From the NCBI GenBank assembly GCA_943913835.1, contig CALTZU010000001.1:2446-66445 (forward strand): 64,000 nucleotides of DNA, written 5' to 3'. The DNA is from an uncultured Rheinheimera sp. GTDB lineage: Bacteria > Pseudomonadota > Gammaproteobacteria > Enterobacterales > Alteromonadaceae. The notes beneath the pieces are model-generated. The model was not told the DNA's origin, made no database searches, and was given only the letters and a program-made list of their open reading frames with translations. Made by a program: the position numbers and the translations under genes. This document shows positions 26,229 to 38,200 of this stretch, in pieces; positions within the stretch are counted from its first letter, which is position 1, and each line of letters begins with the position of its first letter.

Positions 26229-29200
26229 TTGGCACTTGAGCCTGGTTTTTTAGTGATCCATTCCAATCAGTTGGAGCAGCTGCGTGCGCTTTTGGTGCAG
26301 TTTTGTCAGCGTTATCCGCTCTCTCCCTTAGAGCTGGAACAGGTGCTGGTGCAAAGCAATGGTATAGCGCAGTGGCTGAAGCTGGCTTTTGCCGCCTCAC
26401 CGGATGAAGCCAACCCTTATGAACGAGGTTTAGGTATAGCCGCGGCAATGCAGGTGCAGTTACCTGGCCGTTTTATCTGGAGTATGTATCAGTTGGCGCT
26501 GCCAGAGCAGCAATTGCCTGATTTATCTGTGTTTAGTAAAGATAGCTTACGCTGGCGTATTTTCCGTTTATTGCCCGAATTAGTAACGCAAGATGAATTT
26601 GAGCTGCTGCGCCGTTTTATCAGTGAGGATAAAGACCAGCAAAAACGCGCGCAGCTCTCGCTAAAACTGGCCGATTTATATGACCAGTATCAGGTGTACC
26701 GTGCCGACTGGCTGGCCGATTGGGCTAAGGGGCTGTATCGTTTAGCGCAAATGGATGGTGATGCGAAAGCTATGCCGGATGATCAGCTCTGGCAGGCCAA
26801 GCTCTGGCAGGCGATTTTGGCGGAATTACCGGCAGAGCAGCGGCAACAAAGTCGGTTTTCCTTGCATCAGGCTTTTTTGCGTCAGGTAAAAAGCTGGAAA
26901 AAAGCGCCTAAAAACTTACCACGTCGCGTCATTATTTTTGGTATCTCGTCTTTACCGCAACAAATGCTGGAAGTGTTGTCGGCCTTAGCGCCTTATTGTC
27001 AGATTTTATTGGCGGTGTTGAACCCTTGTCAGTTGTATTGGGCCGACATTATTGCCGAAAAAGACAAAGTCAAAGCAGCACAAAGACGCCAGCCGGAAAA
27101 AGCCGGTTTTTTACCTTTTGCCAGTGCCGAGCAGTTATCAGGCCAGGCGCAGCCTTTGCTGGCGGCCTGGGGTAAACAGGGGCGGGACTATATTCGCCTG
27201 TTGGATCAGTTTGACGAAACCGCCGCTCATAAAGAGTTATTTGCCCATCAAAAAGTTGATTTATTTGAATCACCCAACACCAACCATTTATTAGGCCAGT
27301 TGCAGGACGATATTTTGCAGCTGCGATCCATCACAGAAACTCAAAGCCAGTGGCCCGCTTTAACAGCTGAAGCGGCGCGCAGTATCAGCTTTCAAAAGGC
27401 GCATAGCCCACTTCGCGAAGTGGAAATTCTGCATGACCACCTGCTGCAGCTCTTTGCCCAAAACCCGGAGTTGGGTGCTAAAGATGTGATGGTGATGGTG
27501 CCGGACATTAATTTGTATGCACCTCTAATTGAGGCCGTTTTTGGCAAAGTGCCGACGGGGGATTTGCGTTATATCCCTTACAGTATTTCCGACCAAAACA
27601 GTAAAAAGCAGCAGCCGTTATTGCAGGCTTTAGAGGTATTGTTAAGTCCGGAGCAACAACGCTTAAACGCCAGCACTGTGTTCGATATGCTGGATATCAG
27701 TGCTTTGCAGCAGCGTTTTGGCTTAAAAGCAGCTGCTTTACCAAAGATAAAACAGTGGATTGAAGGGGCTGGTATTCGCTGGGGGCTGGATCAGCAGCAC
27801 CGTCAGCAACTGGGTTTGCAGCATGGTTTTGAGCAAAACAGCTGGCTTTTTGGTATTCGCCGTATGTTGCTGGGTTATGTTGCAGGCGATACAGCGCCCT
27901 GGCAAGGCATAGCGCCTTATGCTGACGTAGCAGGTTTAGAAGCGGCCGAACTTGGCCCTGTGCTGGTGCTGTTGCAAAAAATTAACGAGCTATGGCAACA
28001 ACTTGCAGTAAAACGCAGCCCGGCCGCCTGGCATCAGCTTTTTACTCAACTGCTGCAGGATTTTTTTGCGCCCAACGAGCTGGAAAGTCAGCAGCTTGTG
28101 CAGCAATTACAACAGCAATTGCAAAGCTGGTTAGACCACACCAAAGCAGCTGCACTAGACGAAGAATTAACCTTACATATTGCCCGGCAGGCTTTGCTGG
28201 AACCCATGCAGGCTGGCGGATTGCAGCAACGTTTTTTCAGTGGTCGGGTGAACTTTGCCACTTTGCTGCCAATGCGCTCTATTCCTTTTGCGGTGATTTG
28301 TTTACTTGGTATGAACGATGGCGCTTACCCACGAATGCAGCAGCGACAGGATTTTGATTTGATGGCGTCGGATTACCGCAGTGGCGATCGTTCACGCCGC
28401 GATGATGACCGCTATTTATTATTGGAAGCTTTATTGTCTGCCCGCCAGCAGTTTTATATCAGCTGGGTAGGTTTTAGCGTCTTTGATAACAGTGCGCGCG
28501 CGCCTTCGGTGCTTGTGAGTCAGCTGCGTGATCATCTGTCTGCAGGCTGGACTATGGCCGACGGCTCTGATGTTTTAGAGCAAATCACTTTAGAGCATCC
28601 TTTGCAGCCATTTAGCCGTCGTTATCGTGAAGCGGGCGCTAAGCTTGTCAGCTATCAGCAGGAATGGGCCAGTTTGCATCAAAAAACCGATGTCGCAGAG
28701 CAGGGCGAGGCACTGGAACAGCTTGACGATTTACACTGGACATTAAAACAAGCCAGCGATTTTATGCGTGAGCCGGTGCGATTCTTTTTTAATGAACGCT
28801 TAAAAGTGCGACTGGAATTGCCGGAACTGGCCAGTATTAACGATGAAGTCTTTGCTTTGGATCCGCTGGAACGCTGGCAAATGCAGCAGCAATTAGTTGC
28901 AGAGCTCAAGCGCAGTGTCGAACGGCATGAGCTGTGGCAACAACAGACGGAGCAGCAACTGGAGTTATTCCGCCAACAAGGCCGCTTGGCTGTGGGAGCT
29001 GGTGCCGCCTTAATGCAGCAGGACTTAGTGGCAGGGTTGGAAGAGCTGGCCACGGGCTATCAGCAGTTTTTGTTGGCCTTTCCTGTGGCAGATGCTGGTT
29101 TTTATCCGCTGCGTTTTGTTTCTCAGCAGGGCGAACTGGCTGAACATTTAACAGGGTTCAGGCGCAGTAGTGACAGCTCTACTTTGGCTTACGCCGAGCT

Positions 29201-29678
29201 ATTGCCTGTTGCTTTAATCAAAGATCGCAGTATCAACTGGAGGCACTTAATAGCGCCTTATCTGAAACTGCTTTTATGTTGTGCCTGTGGTCAGCCGCTG
29301 ACGCTTTATGTGCTGTCCAGAGTAGGGCAGTTGGTACTGCAACCTATTGATAAAAAACAGGCAGAACAGCAGCTCAGTCAGATTTTACAGTTGATGCAAC
29401 AAGGTTTGTCAGCACCTTTAGCTCTGGAGTTTAATGTTGGTGTGGAACTGGTGAAACAGCTGGAAAAAGGTGCGGCTTTGGATGACAAACTGCTGTCGAA
29501 GCTGGAACGTTTATATGCTGGTGATGACTTCAACGCCGGTGCACTGCAACGCAGCCCTTATTTACAGCGTGCTTTTGCCCGGTTTGATGTGCTTTGGCAA
29601 GAGGGCCAGTTAGCAAAGAACGCCAGTGCTTTATATGGACCACTACTCGCCGTTAAATACAGCGAGGTGTCGGCATGA
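26229..29678 (+). CDS. recC: Exodeoxyribonuclease V gamma subunit
   Basis: HSNQLEQL, VLVQSNGIAQWL, LADLYDQYQVYR, LLAAWGKQGRDY, TLLPMRSIPF, GDRSRRDDDRYL. Confidence 0.97.
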   Translation: MALEPGFLVIHSNQLEQLRALLVQFCQRYPLSPLELEQVLVQSNGIAQWLKLAFAASPDEANPYERGLGIAAAMQVQLPGRFIWSMYQLALPEQQLPDLSVFSKDSLRWRIFRLLPELVTQDEFELLRRFISEDKDQQKRAQLSLKLADLYDQYQVYRADWLADWAKGLYRLAQMDGDAKAMPDDQLWQAKLWQAILAELPAEQRQQSRFSLHQAFLRQVKSWKKAPKNLPRRVIIFGISSLPQQMLEVLSALAPYCQILLAVLNPCQLYWADIIAEKDKVKAAQRRQPEKAGFLPFASAEQLSGQAQPLLAAWGKQGRDYIRLLDQFDETAAHKELFAHQKVDLFESPNTNHLLGQLQDDILQLRSITETQSQWPALTAEAARSISFQKAHSPLREVEILHDHLLQLFAQNPELGAKDVMVMVPDINLYAPLIEAVFGKVPTGDLRYIPYSISDQNSKKQQPLLQALEVLLSPEQQRLNASTVFDMLDISALQQRFGLKAAALPKIKQWIEGAGIRWGLDQQHRQQLGLQHGFEQNSWLFGIRRMLLGYVAGDTAPWQGIAPYADVAGLEAAELGPVLVLLQKINELWQQLAVKRSPAAWHQLFTQLLQDFFAPNELESQQLVQQLQQQLQSWLDHTKAAALDEELTLHIARQALLEPMQAGGLQQRFFSGRVNFATLLPMRSIPFAVICLLGMNDGAYPRMQQRQDFDLMASDYRSGDRSRRDDDRYLLLEALLSARQQFYISWVGFSVFDNSARAPSVLVSQLRDHLSAGWTMADGSDVLEQITLEHPLQPFSRRYREAGAKLVSYQQEWASLHQKTDVAEQGEALEQLDDLHWTLKQASDFMREPVRFFFNERLKVRLELPELASINDEVFALDPLERWQMQQQLVAELKRSVERHELWQQQTEQQLELFRQQGRLAVGAGAALMQQDLVAGLEELATGYQQFLLAFPVADAGFYPLRFVSQQGELAEHLTGFRRSSDSSTLAYAELLPVALIKDRSINWRHLIAPYLKLLLCCACGQPLTLYVLSRVGQLVLQPIDKKQAEQQLSQILQLMQQGLSAPLALEFNVGVELVKQLEKGAALDDKLLSKLERLYAGDDFNAGALQRSPYLQRAFARFDVLWQEGQLAKNASALYGPLLAVKYSEVSA

Positions 29679-32600
29679 GTAACTTTATAACACCAGCCAT
29701 AGCCAATCTGGATTTATTGTCCTTTCCGTTATCCGGTAGTCAACTGATTGAAGCCAGTGCTGGCACAGGCAAAACCTTTACCATTGCGGCTTTGTATTTG
29801 CGTTTAGTATTGGGCCATGGCTGCGCTAAAGCCTTACTACCACCCGATATTCTGGTGGTGACTTTTACCGAAGCTGCAACTCAGGAATTAACCGAACGTA
29901 TAGGCCAGCGTTTGGCTGATGCTGCCCGTTATTTTAGAGAACAATCAGATCAGGCAGACCCGTTTTTACAAAGTCTGCGCAATGAGTTTACCCCTGAGCA
30001 ATGGCCACATTGTGCTTACCAGTTAGAGCTGGCGGTGCAGTATCTGGATGAAGCAGCCATTTCGACCATTCACGGCTGGTGTAATAAAGTACTGGCCGAA
30101 TTTGCGCTTTCCAGCGGCTATTTGTTTGAACAAAATCTGGTGACAGACGTAGAGCAGTTGCAGCTGGATGTGATTCGGGATTATTGGCGTAACTTTTATT
30201 ATCCTTTGCCTGAAGAACATATAGCCACCGTCTGGCAACTGCTACAAAACCCTGAGACTTTGCGCAAAAAGATTCTGCCGCTAATCAGTCACTTGTCGTT
30301 ATTTACTGAACCTGCAACACCTGCTGTGCTTTTGCCTGCAGCCAAAGCAGAGCGTAAGCAAAAGCTGGCAGAGCTCAAAGCGCCCTGGAATAACTGGGTC
30401 AGCGAAATCCGCATCTTGCTGCATGGTGCTATTGAGCGCAAAGAAGTCGATGGCCGTAAATTGCAGGCGCGTTATCTCGACAGCTGGTTAGCCAAATTAG
30501 TGGCCTGGATAAGCGACCCTGAAATGGTCGACCCAGATTTGCAAACAGGTCAAAGCCGCTTAACGCCCGAAGGTTTGGCTGAAGCTTTTAAAGGCCCGGT
30601 GCCGCATCATCCGGCGTTTGAGGCTATGGCAACACTGGGCGAAGCACTGGCGGCTTTGCCGGATCCACAGCAGGATTTAGTGCTGCATGCCGCTTTTTGG
30701 TTTGCCCGGCGTTTCCATCAGCTGCAGTTAGAGCGCTCTGAACTGGGGTTTGATGAGCTATTAAGCCGTTTGCAACAAGCACTGACAAAAGATCAGGGCG
30801 GTGTATTGGCCGAACGTTTACGGCGTAAATTCCCGCTCGCGCTGATTGATGAATTTCAGGACACAGATCCTGTGCAGTACCAGCTGTTTGATGCTGTGTA
30901 TCAACTGAAGGAAAACAGAACAGACTGCGGCATTTTATTAATAGGCGACCCAAAACAAGCCATTTATGCCTTTCGTGGTGCGGACATTTATAGTTATTTA
31001 GCCGCTAAACAGGCCACAGCGGGCAGGCATTTTCAGCTGCCGAAAAACTTCCGTTCTACCCATGCTATGGTCAGTGCGGTCAACCACTTATTTAGTTATG
31101 CCGAAAAGCGTGCTTTAGGCGCTTTTGTGCTGGGGCGGCCAGATTTATTAAGTTTTTACCCGGTAGAAGCTCAGGGGCGCAAAGAGAGGTTTGCGCTGCA
31201 ACAACAACCCGTTACGGCGCTGGAGTTTTGTATTAAAGCCTCGCCGGACGGCAAAGCTTTTAGCAAAGCTGCCGTGTTGACTGAAATGGCACAGGCCTGC
31301 GCTGAACAAATTGCGCTGTTTTTAACAAGTCACGCAGGTTTTATGCAGGACAACCAGTTCACCGCCCTTAAAACCAGCGATATTGCGGTCTTGGTCAATA
31401 ACCAGCAGGAAGCCAATGCCATTAAAAAAGCTTTGGCCGAGCGCAATTTGGCGTCCGTGTATTTATCCGACAAAGGCACTGTATTTGAAAGCCCGGTGGC
31501 TTTGGATTTATTACTTTGGTTGCGCGCCTGCGCTGAACCACAACGTGAAAGCCTGGTGCGCTCAGCGCTCTCGAGCTGGAGCTTGGCCTTAAGTTATACC
31601 CAGCTTGAGCAACTGCTGCAGGATGAGCTGTTGTGGGAGCAACAACTAGCGCGTTTTGCCAGTTATCAGCAGCTTTGGCAGCAGCAAGGTGTGCTGGTGA
31701 TGTTATGGCAACTGATGCGTGATTTTGCCGTGGCTGAGTTTTTACAGCAACAGCCATCAGGCGAACGGCTTTTAACCGATATTCTGCATCTGGCGGAGCT
31801 GTTGCAACAACGCTCGATGGAGCTGGAAGGTCCGGCTGCGCTTATTCGTTATCTGGCCGAGCATCTGGCCGGGCAGGGAGATTTAGCGGCTGAGCAGCAA
31901 AAACTGCGCTTAGAAAGCGACGAAGCCCTGATCAAAGTTGTCACTATTCACAAATCCAAAGGTCTGGAATACCCGCTGGTATTTTTGCCTTTTATTGCTT
32001 TAGCCCGGGCTGTGGATGCCGACAAAGGCCCAGTGACTTACCATCAGGATGGTGAACTTGTGGTGGTGCTGCAGGCCAGTGAGCAGCAAGAGCAACAAGC
32101 CGAACGGGAACGTTTGGCTGAAGATATGCGCAAGCTCTACGTCGCGTTAACCCGGGCACGGCATTATTGCTGGGTGGGGCTGATGCCGGTCAAAGAGCAA
32201 AGCGCTATAGGTTATCTGTTAGCCGACGATGCTTTGGTCTCGCCTGTGGCTTTGTTGGAACAGCTATCACCTTTGCTTTCACAACCAGATATTCGTCTGG
32301 CTGACAACTTATCTGAGCAATGCACACTGGTGTCATTGCAGGATCAAACAGCTGAGCTTTTGCCTTATGCGCAAATGACACGTTCAGTGAAAGAGCTGTG
32401 GTGGATAGCCAGTTATAGCGCTTTGCTGGAGCAACATCAGCAGGACAGTAAAGCCGCAGAGCTTTTTCATGAATTACAGCAGGAATTAACCCCTGAACAA
32501 GTTCAGGATGACGTTGAGCCTACAGCAGCAAAAACTCTGACCTTGGCTCAGAGTTTTGTCCGTGGCAGTCAGGCCGGTACATTTTTACATGATGTGTTGG

Positions 32601-33367
32601 AGTGGGGCGCGACACAGGGTTTTGAGCAGTTAGCGCAGCAACCGGATTTATGGCAGCCTGGGCTTGAGACCTTAGTGCAAAAATATGGCTTGGTGCAGCC
32701 ACTGCCAGACCACAGATGGCAAATCCGTTATTGGGCAGAGCAGCAGGCTCCTTATCCTGAAACTGACACTTTAGCCGCAGCTATAGTGCCTTTGCAGTGG
32801 TGGCTGGATCAGTTGATCCGCACGCCGCTGTGGCCTGATCAACAAAGTAGTTTAAGTACACTAAGCCACGGGAGTTACCGCGCTGAACTGGAGTTTTGGT
32901 TATCGGTCGAGCAGTGCAGCAGCGCGCAGCTGGACGCTTTAGTGCAGCAGTATCTGTGGCCTGAATTGGCAAGACCAGCACTTCGCACTACTCAGCTACA
33001 AGGCATGCTGAAAGGTTTTATCGACTTAACCCTGGAGCAGGATGGCCGCTACTGGGTGCTGGACTATAAATCGAACTATATAGCGGATGGCCAGTACGAT
33101 AGCCCGGCCTTAGTCCAGCAAATGCTGGCGCATCGATACGATGTGCAGGCCGCTTTGTATGCTGTGGCTATCCATCGTTTATTAAAAAGCCGCCTGGCAG
33201 GCTACAAGCCAGAGCAGCATTTAGGTGGTGCTTTGTATTGGTTCCTGCGTGGTGGTGAGGCTGCAAGCAAAGGTGTGCTTACCGCTGATATTCCGCTGGA
33301 GCTGGTGAACAAGCTGGACGCTCTGCTGCAAGGGCAATTGGTTGCTAAGGAGATGGCCCATGTTTGA
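29675..33367 (+). CDS. recB: Exodeoxyribonuclease V beta subunit
   Basis: IEASAGTGKT, DEFQDTD, IGDPKQAIY, TIHKSKGLEY, YVALTRA; nuclease motif GFIDL...DYKSN. Confidence 0.97.
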   Translation: MSNFITPAIANLDLLSFPLSGSQLIEASAGTGKTFTIAALYLRLVLGHGCAKALLPPDILVVTFTEAATQELTERIGQRLADAARYFREQSDQADPFLQSLRNEFTPEQWPHCAYQLELAVQYLDEAAISTIHGWCNKVLAEFALSSGYLFEQNLVTDVEQLQLDVIRDYWRNFYYPLPEEHIATVWQLLQNPETLRKKILPLISHLSLFTEPATPAVLLPAAKAERKQKLAELKAPWNNWVSEIRILLHGAIERKEVDGRKLQARYLDSWLAKLVAWISDPEMVDPDLQTGQSRLTPEGLAEAFKGPVPHHPAFEAMATLGEALAALPDPQQDLVLHAAFWFARRFHQLQLERSELGFDELLSRLQQALTKDQGGVLAERLRRKFPLALIDEFQDTDPVQYQLFDAVYQLKENRTDCGILLIGDPKQAIYAFRGADIYSYLAAKQATAGRHFQLPKNFRSTHAMVSAVNHLFSYAEKRALGAFVLGRPDLLSFYPVEAQGRKERFALQQQPVTALEFCIKASPDGKAFSKAAVLTEMAQACAEQIALFLTSHAGFMQDNQFTALKTSDIAVLVNNQQEANAIKKALAERNLASVYLSDKGTVFESPVALDLLLWLRACAEPQRESLVRSALSSWSLALSYTQLEQLLQDELLWEQQLARFASYQQLWQQQGVLVMLWQLMRDFAVAEFLQQQPSGERLLTDILHLAELLQQRSMELEGPAALIRYLAEHLAGQGDLAAEQQKLRLESDEALIKVVTIHKSKGLEYPLVFLPFIALARAVDADKGPVTYHQDGELVVVLQASEQQEQQAERERLAEDMRKLYVALTRARHYCWVGLMPVKEQSAIGYLLADDALVSPVALLEQLSPLLSQPDIRLADNLSEQCTLVSLQDQTAELLPYAQMTRSVKELWWIASYSALLEQHQQDSKAAELFHELQQELTPEQVQDDVEPTAAKTLTLAQSFVRGSQAGTFLHDVLEWGATQGFEQLAQQPDLWQPGLETLVQKYGLVQPLPDHRWQIRYWAEQQAPYPETDTLAAAIVPLQWWLDQLIRTPLWPDQQSSLSTLSHGSYRAELEFWLSVEQCSSAQLDALVQQYLWPELARPALRTTQLQGMLKGFIDLTLEQDGRYWVLDYKSNYIADGQYDSPALVQQMLAHRYDVQAALYAVAIHRLLKSRLAGYKPEQHLGGALYWFLRGGEAASKGVLTADIPLELVNKLDALLQGQLVAKEMAHV

Positions 33368-35261
33368 TTTGGAGTTATTGGAACTGCAGATGCAGGGCAA
33401 AGAATGGCGGGCTTTGGATAAAGCTCTTGTGACTTTTTTCCGCGAGCAACAACAGTTGCCAACTGCACTTGCGCTGTTGATTGGTCAGTGCAGCTTTGCG
33501 CTGTCGCAGGGCCATTTGTGTTTACCATTACAACGTATGCCGCAGCAGTCTGAACAAGACTGGCTGGCGCTGATGGCGCTTTATCCGGATTTGTTCCAGT
33601 TGGAACAGGACAACAATCAGCCTTTTGTGTATGCCAACAACGCCTTGTATATGCGGCGTTATTTTAGTTATCAGCAGCAGATAGCATTGTATTTGCAACA
33701 AAGCAGTGAGCGCAGTCAGCAGCTGCGCCAGGCTATTGAACCTGCTCTGCTGAATCAGCTATTAGATCCGTTATTTCCTGCCACTGCAGCAACACAAGCT
33801 GAGCCAGACTGGCAACGTTTATCCTGTGCTATAGCGGCCAGCAGCAGCTTTAGCGTCATTACCGGCGGTCCTGGTACAGGCAAAACCACCACAGTGGTCA
33901 AACTCCTGTTGATACTGCAGCAGTTGCAGCAACAGCAAGGCGCTGCGCCTCTGACTATTCAGTTGGCCGCTCCTACAGGCAAAGCGGCAGTAAGGCTTCG
34001 CAGCTCAATCCGTAGTACGTTGGATAAACAGCCAGCATCAGCTGAGATCAAAAGCCAGGTGCCAACCGATGTGTCGACCTTGCACAAGTTGTTGGGAGCC
34101 AGAGCGCAAAGTCGTCAGTTTAAGCAAAATGAGTTTGAGCCTTTAGCGCTGGATCTGCTGGTGGTTGATGAGGCCTCAATGCTGGATGTGGAGCTGATGG
34201 CTGCTTTATTATCGGCTTTACCCAAAAACGCACGGCTGATTTTATTGGGCGATAAAGACCAGCTCGCTTCTGTTGAAGCCGGTGCTTTAATGGCACAACT
34301 TTGCCAATGGGCGGAGCAGGGACATTATTGGCCTGATACTGCAGCATGGTTAAACCAACTGTCTGCTGTAGAGTTGCCGCAGCACTTAGTCAGCCCACAA
34401 GGCAAAGCGCTGGAACAGCAAATAGGTATGCTCAGAGTCAGCCACAGGTTTAACCCCCACAGTGGTATCGCTAAATTAGCCAATGCAGTGAATGGCGGCC
34501 AAGGTACGCTCGTCGCCGCTATTTTCCACTCTGTTTATGCCGATCTGCAGTATCTGGAAGCGGAGGATTTCAGACAACTCAAATCCTTTGTACTTACAGG
34601 TCAAGGCAAATCTCAGCTCAAGGATGCAGCAGGATTCCAGTTTTATTTAACTAGCATGGCACAAAGCCCGGCAATGGAGGCCTCTGAGCAGCAGATCGAT
34701 CAGTGGGCGCAGCAGGTGCTGACTGACTTTTCGGCTTTCCAATTGCTTTGTGCTGTGCGGCAGGGACCCTTTGGGGTGGAGCAGGTGAATCTGGCGGTGG
34801 AAAAGATGTTGCTGCAGGCCGGGCTTATTAAACACAGCACTCAGCATAGCAGTCAGTGGTATGCGGGCCGGCCTGTGATGGTGACACAAAACGATTATGC
34901 GCTTGGCCTGATGAACGGCGATGTGGGGCTTTGTTTATCCAGACCTTATCAGGGCAAATGGATCCTGGCTGTGGCTTTTGCATCAGAAGATAGCAGTAAA
35001 GCTGTGCGTTGGGTTTTGCCTAGTCGTTTGCAGCAAGTTGAAACCGCTTTTGCCATTACGGTGCATAAATCGCAGGGCTCAGAGTTTCGCCATGCGGTGC
35101 TGGTGTTACCGGACCAGTTCAGCCCCGTGCTGACGCGCGAGCTGATCTACACCGGTATTACCAGAGCGGCTAAGCTGTTTAGCCTGGTCTGTGCCAAACC
35201 GGATTTGTTAAGCCTGGCCATAGAGCAAAAGGTGCTACGTCACGGCGCAGTCAGGCTTTAA
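33360..35261 (+). CDS. recD: Exodeoxyribonuclease V alpha subunit
   Basis: GGPGTGKTT, APTGKAA, VDEASM, GDKDQLASVEAG, TVHKSQGSEF, YTGITRA. Confidence 0.97.
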   Translation: MFDLELLELQMQGKEWRALDKALVTFFREQQQLPTALALLIGQCSFALSQGHLCLPLQRMPQQSEQDWLALMALYPDLFQLEQDNNQPFVYANNALYMRRYFSYQQQIALYLQQSSERSQQLRQAIEPALLNQLLDPLFPATAATQAEPDWQRLSCAIAASSSFSVITGGPGTGKTTTVVKLLLILQQLQQQQGAAPLTIQLAAPTGKAAVRLRSSIRSTLDKQPASAEIKSQVPTDVSTLHKLLGARAQSRQFKQNEFEPLALDLLVVDEASMLDVELMAALLSALPKNARLILLGDKDQLASVEAGALMAQLCQWAEQGHYWPDTAAWLNQLSAVELPQHLVSPQGKALEQQIGMLRVSHRFNPHSGIAKLANAVNGGQGTLVAAIFHSVYADLQYLEAEDFRQLKSFVLTGQGKSQLKDAAGFQFYLTSMAQSPAMEASEQQIDQWAQQVLTDFSAFQLLCAVRQGPFGVEQVNLAVEKMLLQAGLIKHSTQHSSQWYAGRPVMVTQNDYALGLMNGDVGLCLSRPYQGKWILAVAFASEDSSKAVRWVLPSRLQQVETAFAITVHKSQGSEFRHAVLVLPDQFSPVLTRELIYTGITRAAKLFSLVCAKPDLLSLAIEQKVLRHGAVRL

Positions 35262-38200
35262 GGCTGTTCCTGTCGGATTTGCTGCAGTAGTTCGTTTAAT
35301 TGCTCTGCAGGCCATTGTTTTTCTTTTAATGCCCGCTCAGAGGCCGCTGCCAAAGCACTGATGCGGGTAAAACCAAAACAGGCTGAGGTACCCTTAATTC
35401 TATGTAACAACGCCTCAGTCGTGACCTTGTCCTCTAATTGCACCAATTGTTCCAGTTCCTGCGCGATGGTGGGCAGAGAGTCCTTATACATGCTGGTTAA
35501 TTCGTCCAATTGTTGCTGAACATCTGATTGAGCCTTAACTGCACTTTTTGTTGGCAGAAATTCTGCTATTTTGTCGTACAGCACTTGAGCTTGCACTGGT
35601 TTGGTCAATACGGCCTGACAGCCTGCTTCCAGACAAAGTTGACGTTGTTCGGCCTGAACGTCGGCCGTCAAGGCAATAATGGGTATCTGATAGCCTTGAC
35701 GCCTGAGTTCACGCGAAGCGGTCAGTCCGTCCATCACGGGCATATGCATATCCATCAGTATTAGATCAAACTGCTGATTTGCTACCTTATGCAAAGCATC
35801 CAGTCCGTGCCGCGCCGTTTGTGGCTCTAGCCCTGTAGCACTGAGTAAAGTACTGAACAGCAAACGTAAATCCGGAACATCATCGACGATAAGCACAGCC
35901 CCCTTCAATTGTGGGATCTGGTGTTGTACCTGCAGCTTACTGCTAGTCTGCACCGGTGCTTTTAGTAGCAGCTCTGCTTTAACGGGCAGTGGGATCCTTA
36001 AAAAAAACTGGCTGCCCTGTAGGGGAACACTTTGCAGTTCAAGTTGGTACCCCATTAAATCGGCCAGTTGTTTGCAAATATATAAACCCAAACCAGTACC
36101 ACCAAACTGCCGGCTGATACCGGGGTCACCTTGTTCAAAAGCGGAAAACAATTTTTGCTGCATATCGGCACTAATACCAGGCCCGGTGTCGGTTACAGAC
36201 AAACTTAGCTGGCCTTGTTTTATTTCTGCCGATAACCGGACTTCGCCTTGTTGGGTAAATTTCAGGGCATTACCCAGTAGGTTCATTAGAATTTGTTTAA
36301 GTCGAAGCGGATCGCTGTATAAAGTTTTGGGCAAGGGATAGCGGCTTTGCAGGCTAAAATGAAGACCTTTTTCTTGCGCCGCAGGTAACAGACTCTGGTG
36401 CAATTCATTGAGCAGCGGTTGTAACTCAAAGTGTTGTAATTCCAAGGGGAGTTTACCTTCATCCATTTTGGCTGCATCCAGAATATCGTTCACTATCTGC
36501 AGCAAAAACTTACTTTGATTGTCTACAGTCTGCAGTTGATTTAGCAGCTGGGCATCATGAGGTCTGGTTAAAGCCTGTTGAATAAACCCAAGAATAATAG
36601 TCAGAGGCGTACGCAGTTCATGACTCATATTGGCTAAAAACCGGGTTTTAGCTAAGGCGAGTTGCTGTGCTTTGTCGCGTTCTATCGATAACTCTGCGGT
36701 GCGTTCTGCGACACGTTGCTCCAGTTGTTGGCTTAGATTAGTTTTTTCCTCTAAAGCTGATTGTAGCGCCTGATGACCGGCCTGAAGACGACCTTGCAAT
36801 GACGTAAAGCTACTTAGCAACTGTTCAAATTCTAATGCTGAATTGTCCAGTTGCTGCTTAGGCGCAGTGGAAGAACCAAGTTCAATCCCCTCAATTGTCG
36901 TGATTAATTGTTGCAACGCCACAGTATAACCTGAAGCAAATCTCTGACTACTGCGGGACAATAACTCTATGCCTGCCAGTAATGTCAACAAAGCGAGCAA
37001 TGTTAAAAATTGATAATACAGGGCCAGATGACTGTGATCCCAATAGAGGAATAGTTGCCAGTTGGTATGGTCTATAGTACTGTCCAGGCGTATTTTGTCC
37101 CCTGTCTGGTTAAAGTGCATATGACTCTGGTGATAGAAAGGCGAGTGGGTTAAATAAGCTCTGGACTCGGCCAAAGCCGCATTATCAAAAGCCACTTTCT
37201 GGCCAGAAGCTTGGGAATCGGCTAAGCCCCAGATTTTCATTTGGGCGCCGTCTGTCAGTAAAAGCTGTAAGCGCGGATCGGAATGTTGTACTTCAAGTGC
37301 TCCTGTGAGCCTGTTCAGGGCAACTGAGAGTTCCAGTACACCGTTAAATTGCTCTTGTTGATACAGTGGCCTGCTTAACGCAAAAAGCAAGTCCTGACCT
37401 AATTTATTTCCCTGAAATACGTCGCTGATGTAAGGTTGTGCACTTTGTTTTGGTTGTTTGAAATAATCGCGATAAGCAACTGAATGGCCAAGGATATCCT
37501 GCGCCGCAGTTTCCTTAAAAAAAGCGGTGACCAGCCCTGAAGCATCGGTACGCAAAGCCGAAATGAATTCTGGCTGGCTTTTTACTAACTGTTGCAGACT
37601 TTCCTGATCACCTACCAACCGGGCGTAGTCAGACGCCAGTTTTAATTCCGCCTGATACGAAGATAACTTTTGATGAAGCTGACCTTCAATAAATTGCTGT
37701 TGTGTGGTTAATTCAGAAACGTGACCAGATAAATTTAATACTATGGTGCCGTGCAGTAATACACTAATCATCAGCGCCCAGGGAATGGCTGCCATTAGTG
37801 CTATCCTGCTGCCCAATAACGATTTAAAAGGTTGTTGGCGCTTTAGCGCCAGACTTGCAGCCTGAATTTCGAACAAGCGGACACAGCGTTTTAATACGAT
37901 CAGTGTACTGCTAATAATGAGCGCGTTTAACAGCACCCAGATGAAAGGTTGTGGTTCTGTTGGCAGCCAGAGAAATAAAACTAAGGTAGCCAGAAAGTGC
38001 AATGCGACTGCGACCCAACGTCTACGGGCGGTATTCGCATAAGGAATAAACACCAGCAGTTGTAATAGAGAACATATCCAGTATAACGGCGAGTTCAGAG
38101 GGGATAGAACCACCACAGCACAAAGCAGAGCCCAGATCATGCCCAGACGCTGCATGACCAATATAAAAGCCAGATTGCCTAAGAGTAAAGGCGTGCTGAG

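Noticed and set aside
26110..35133. Short alternative-frame and antisense ORFs within recCBD (and similar 60-125 aa ORFs across the window)
   Set aside because: Nested in well-supported genes with no RBS or family motifs; treated as shadow ORFs
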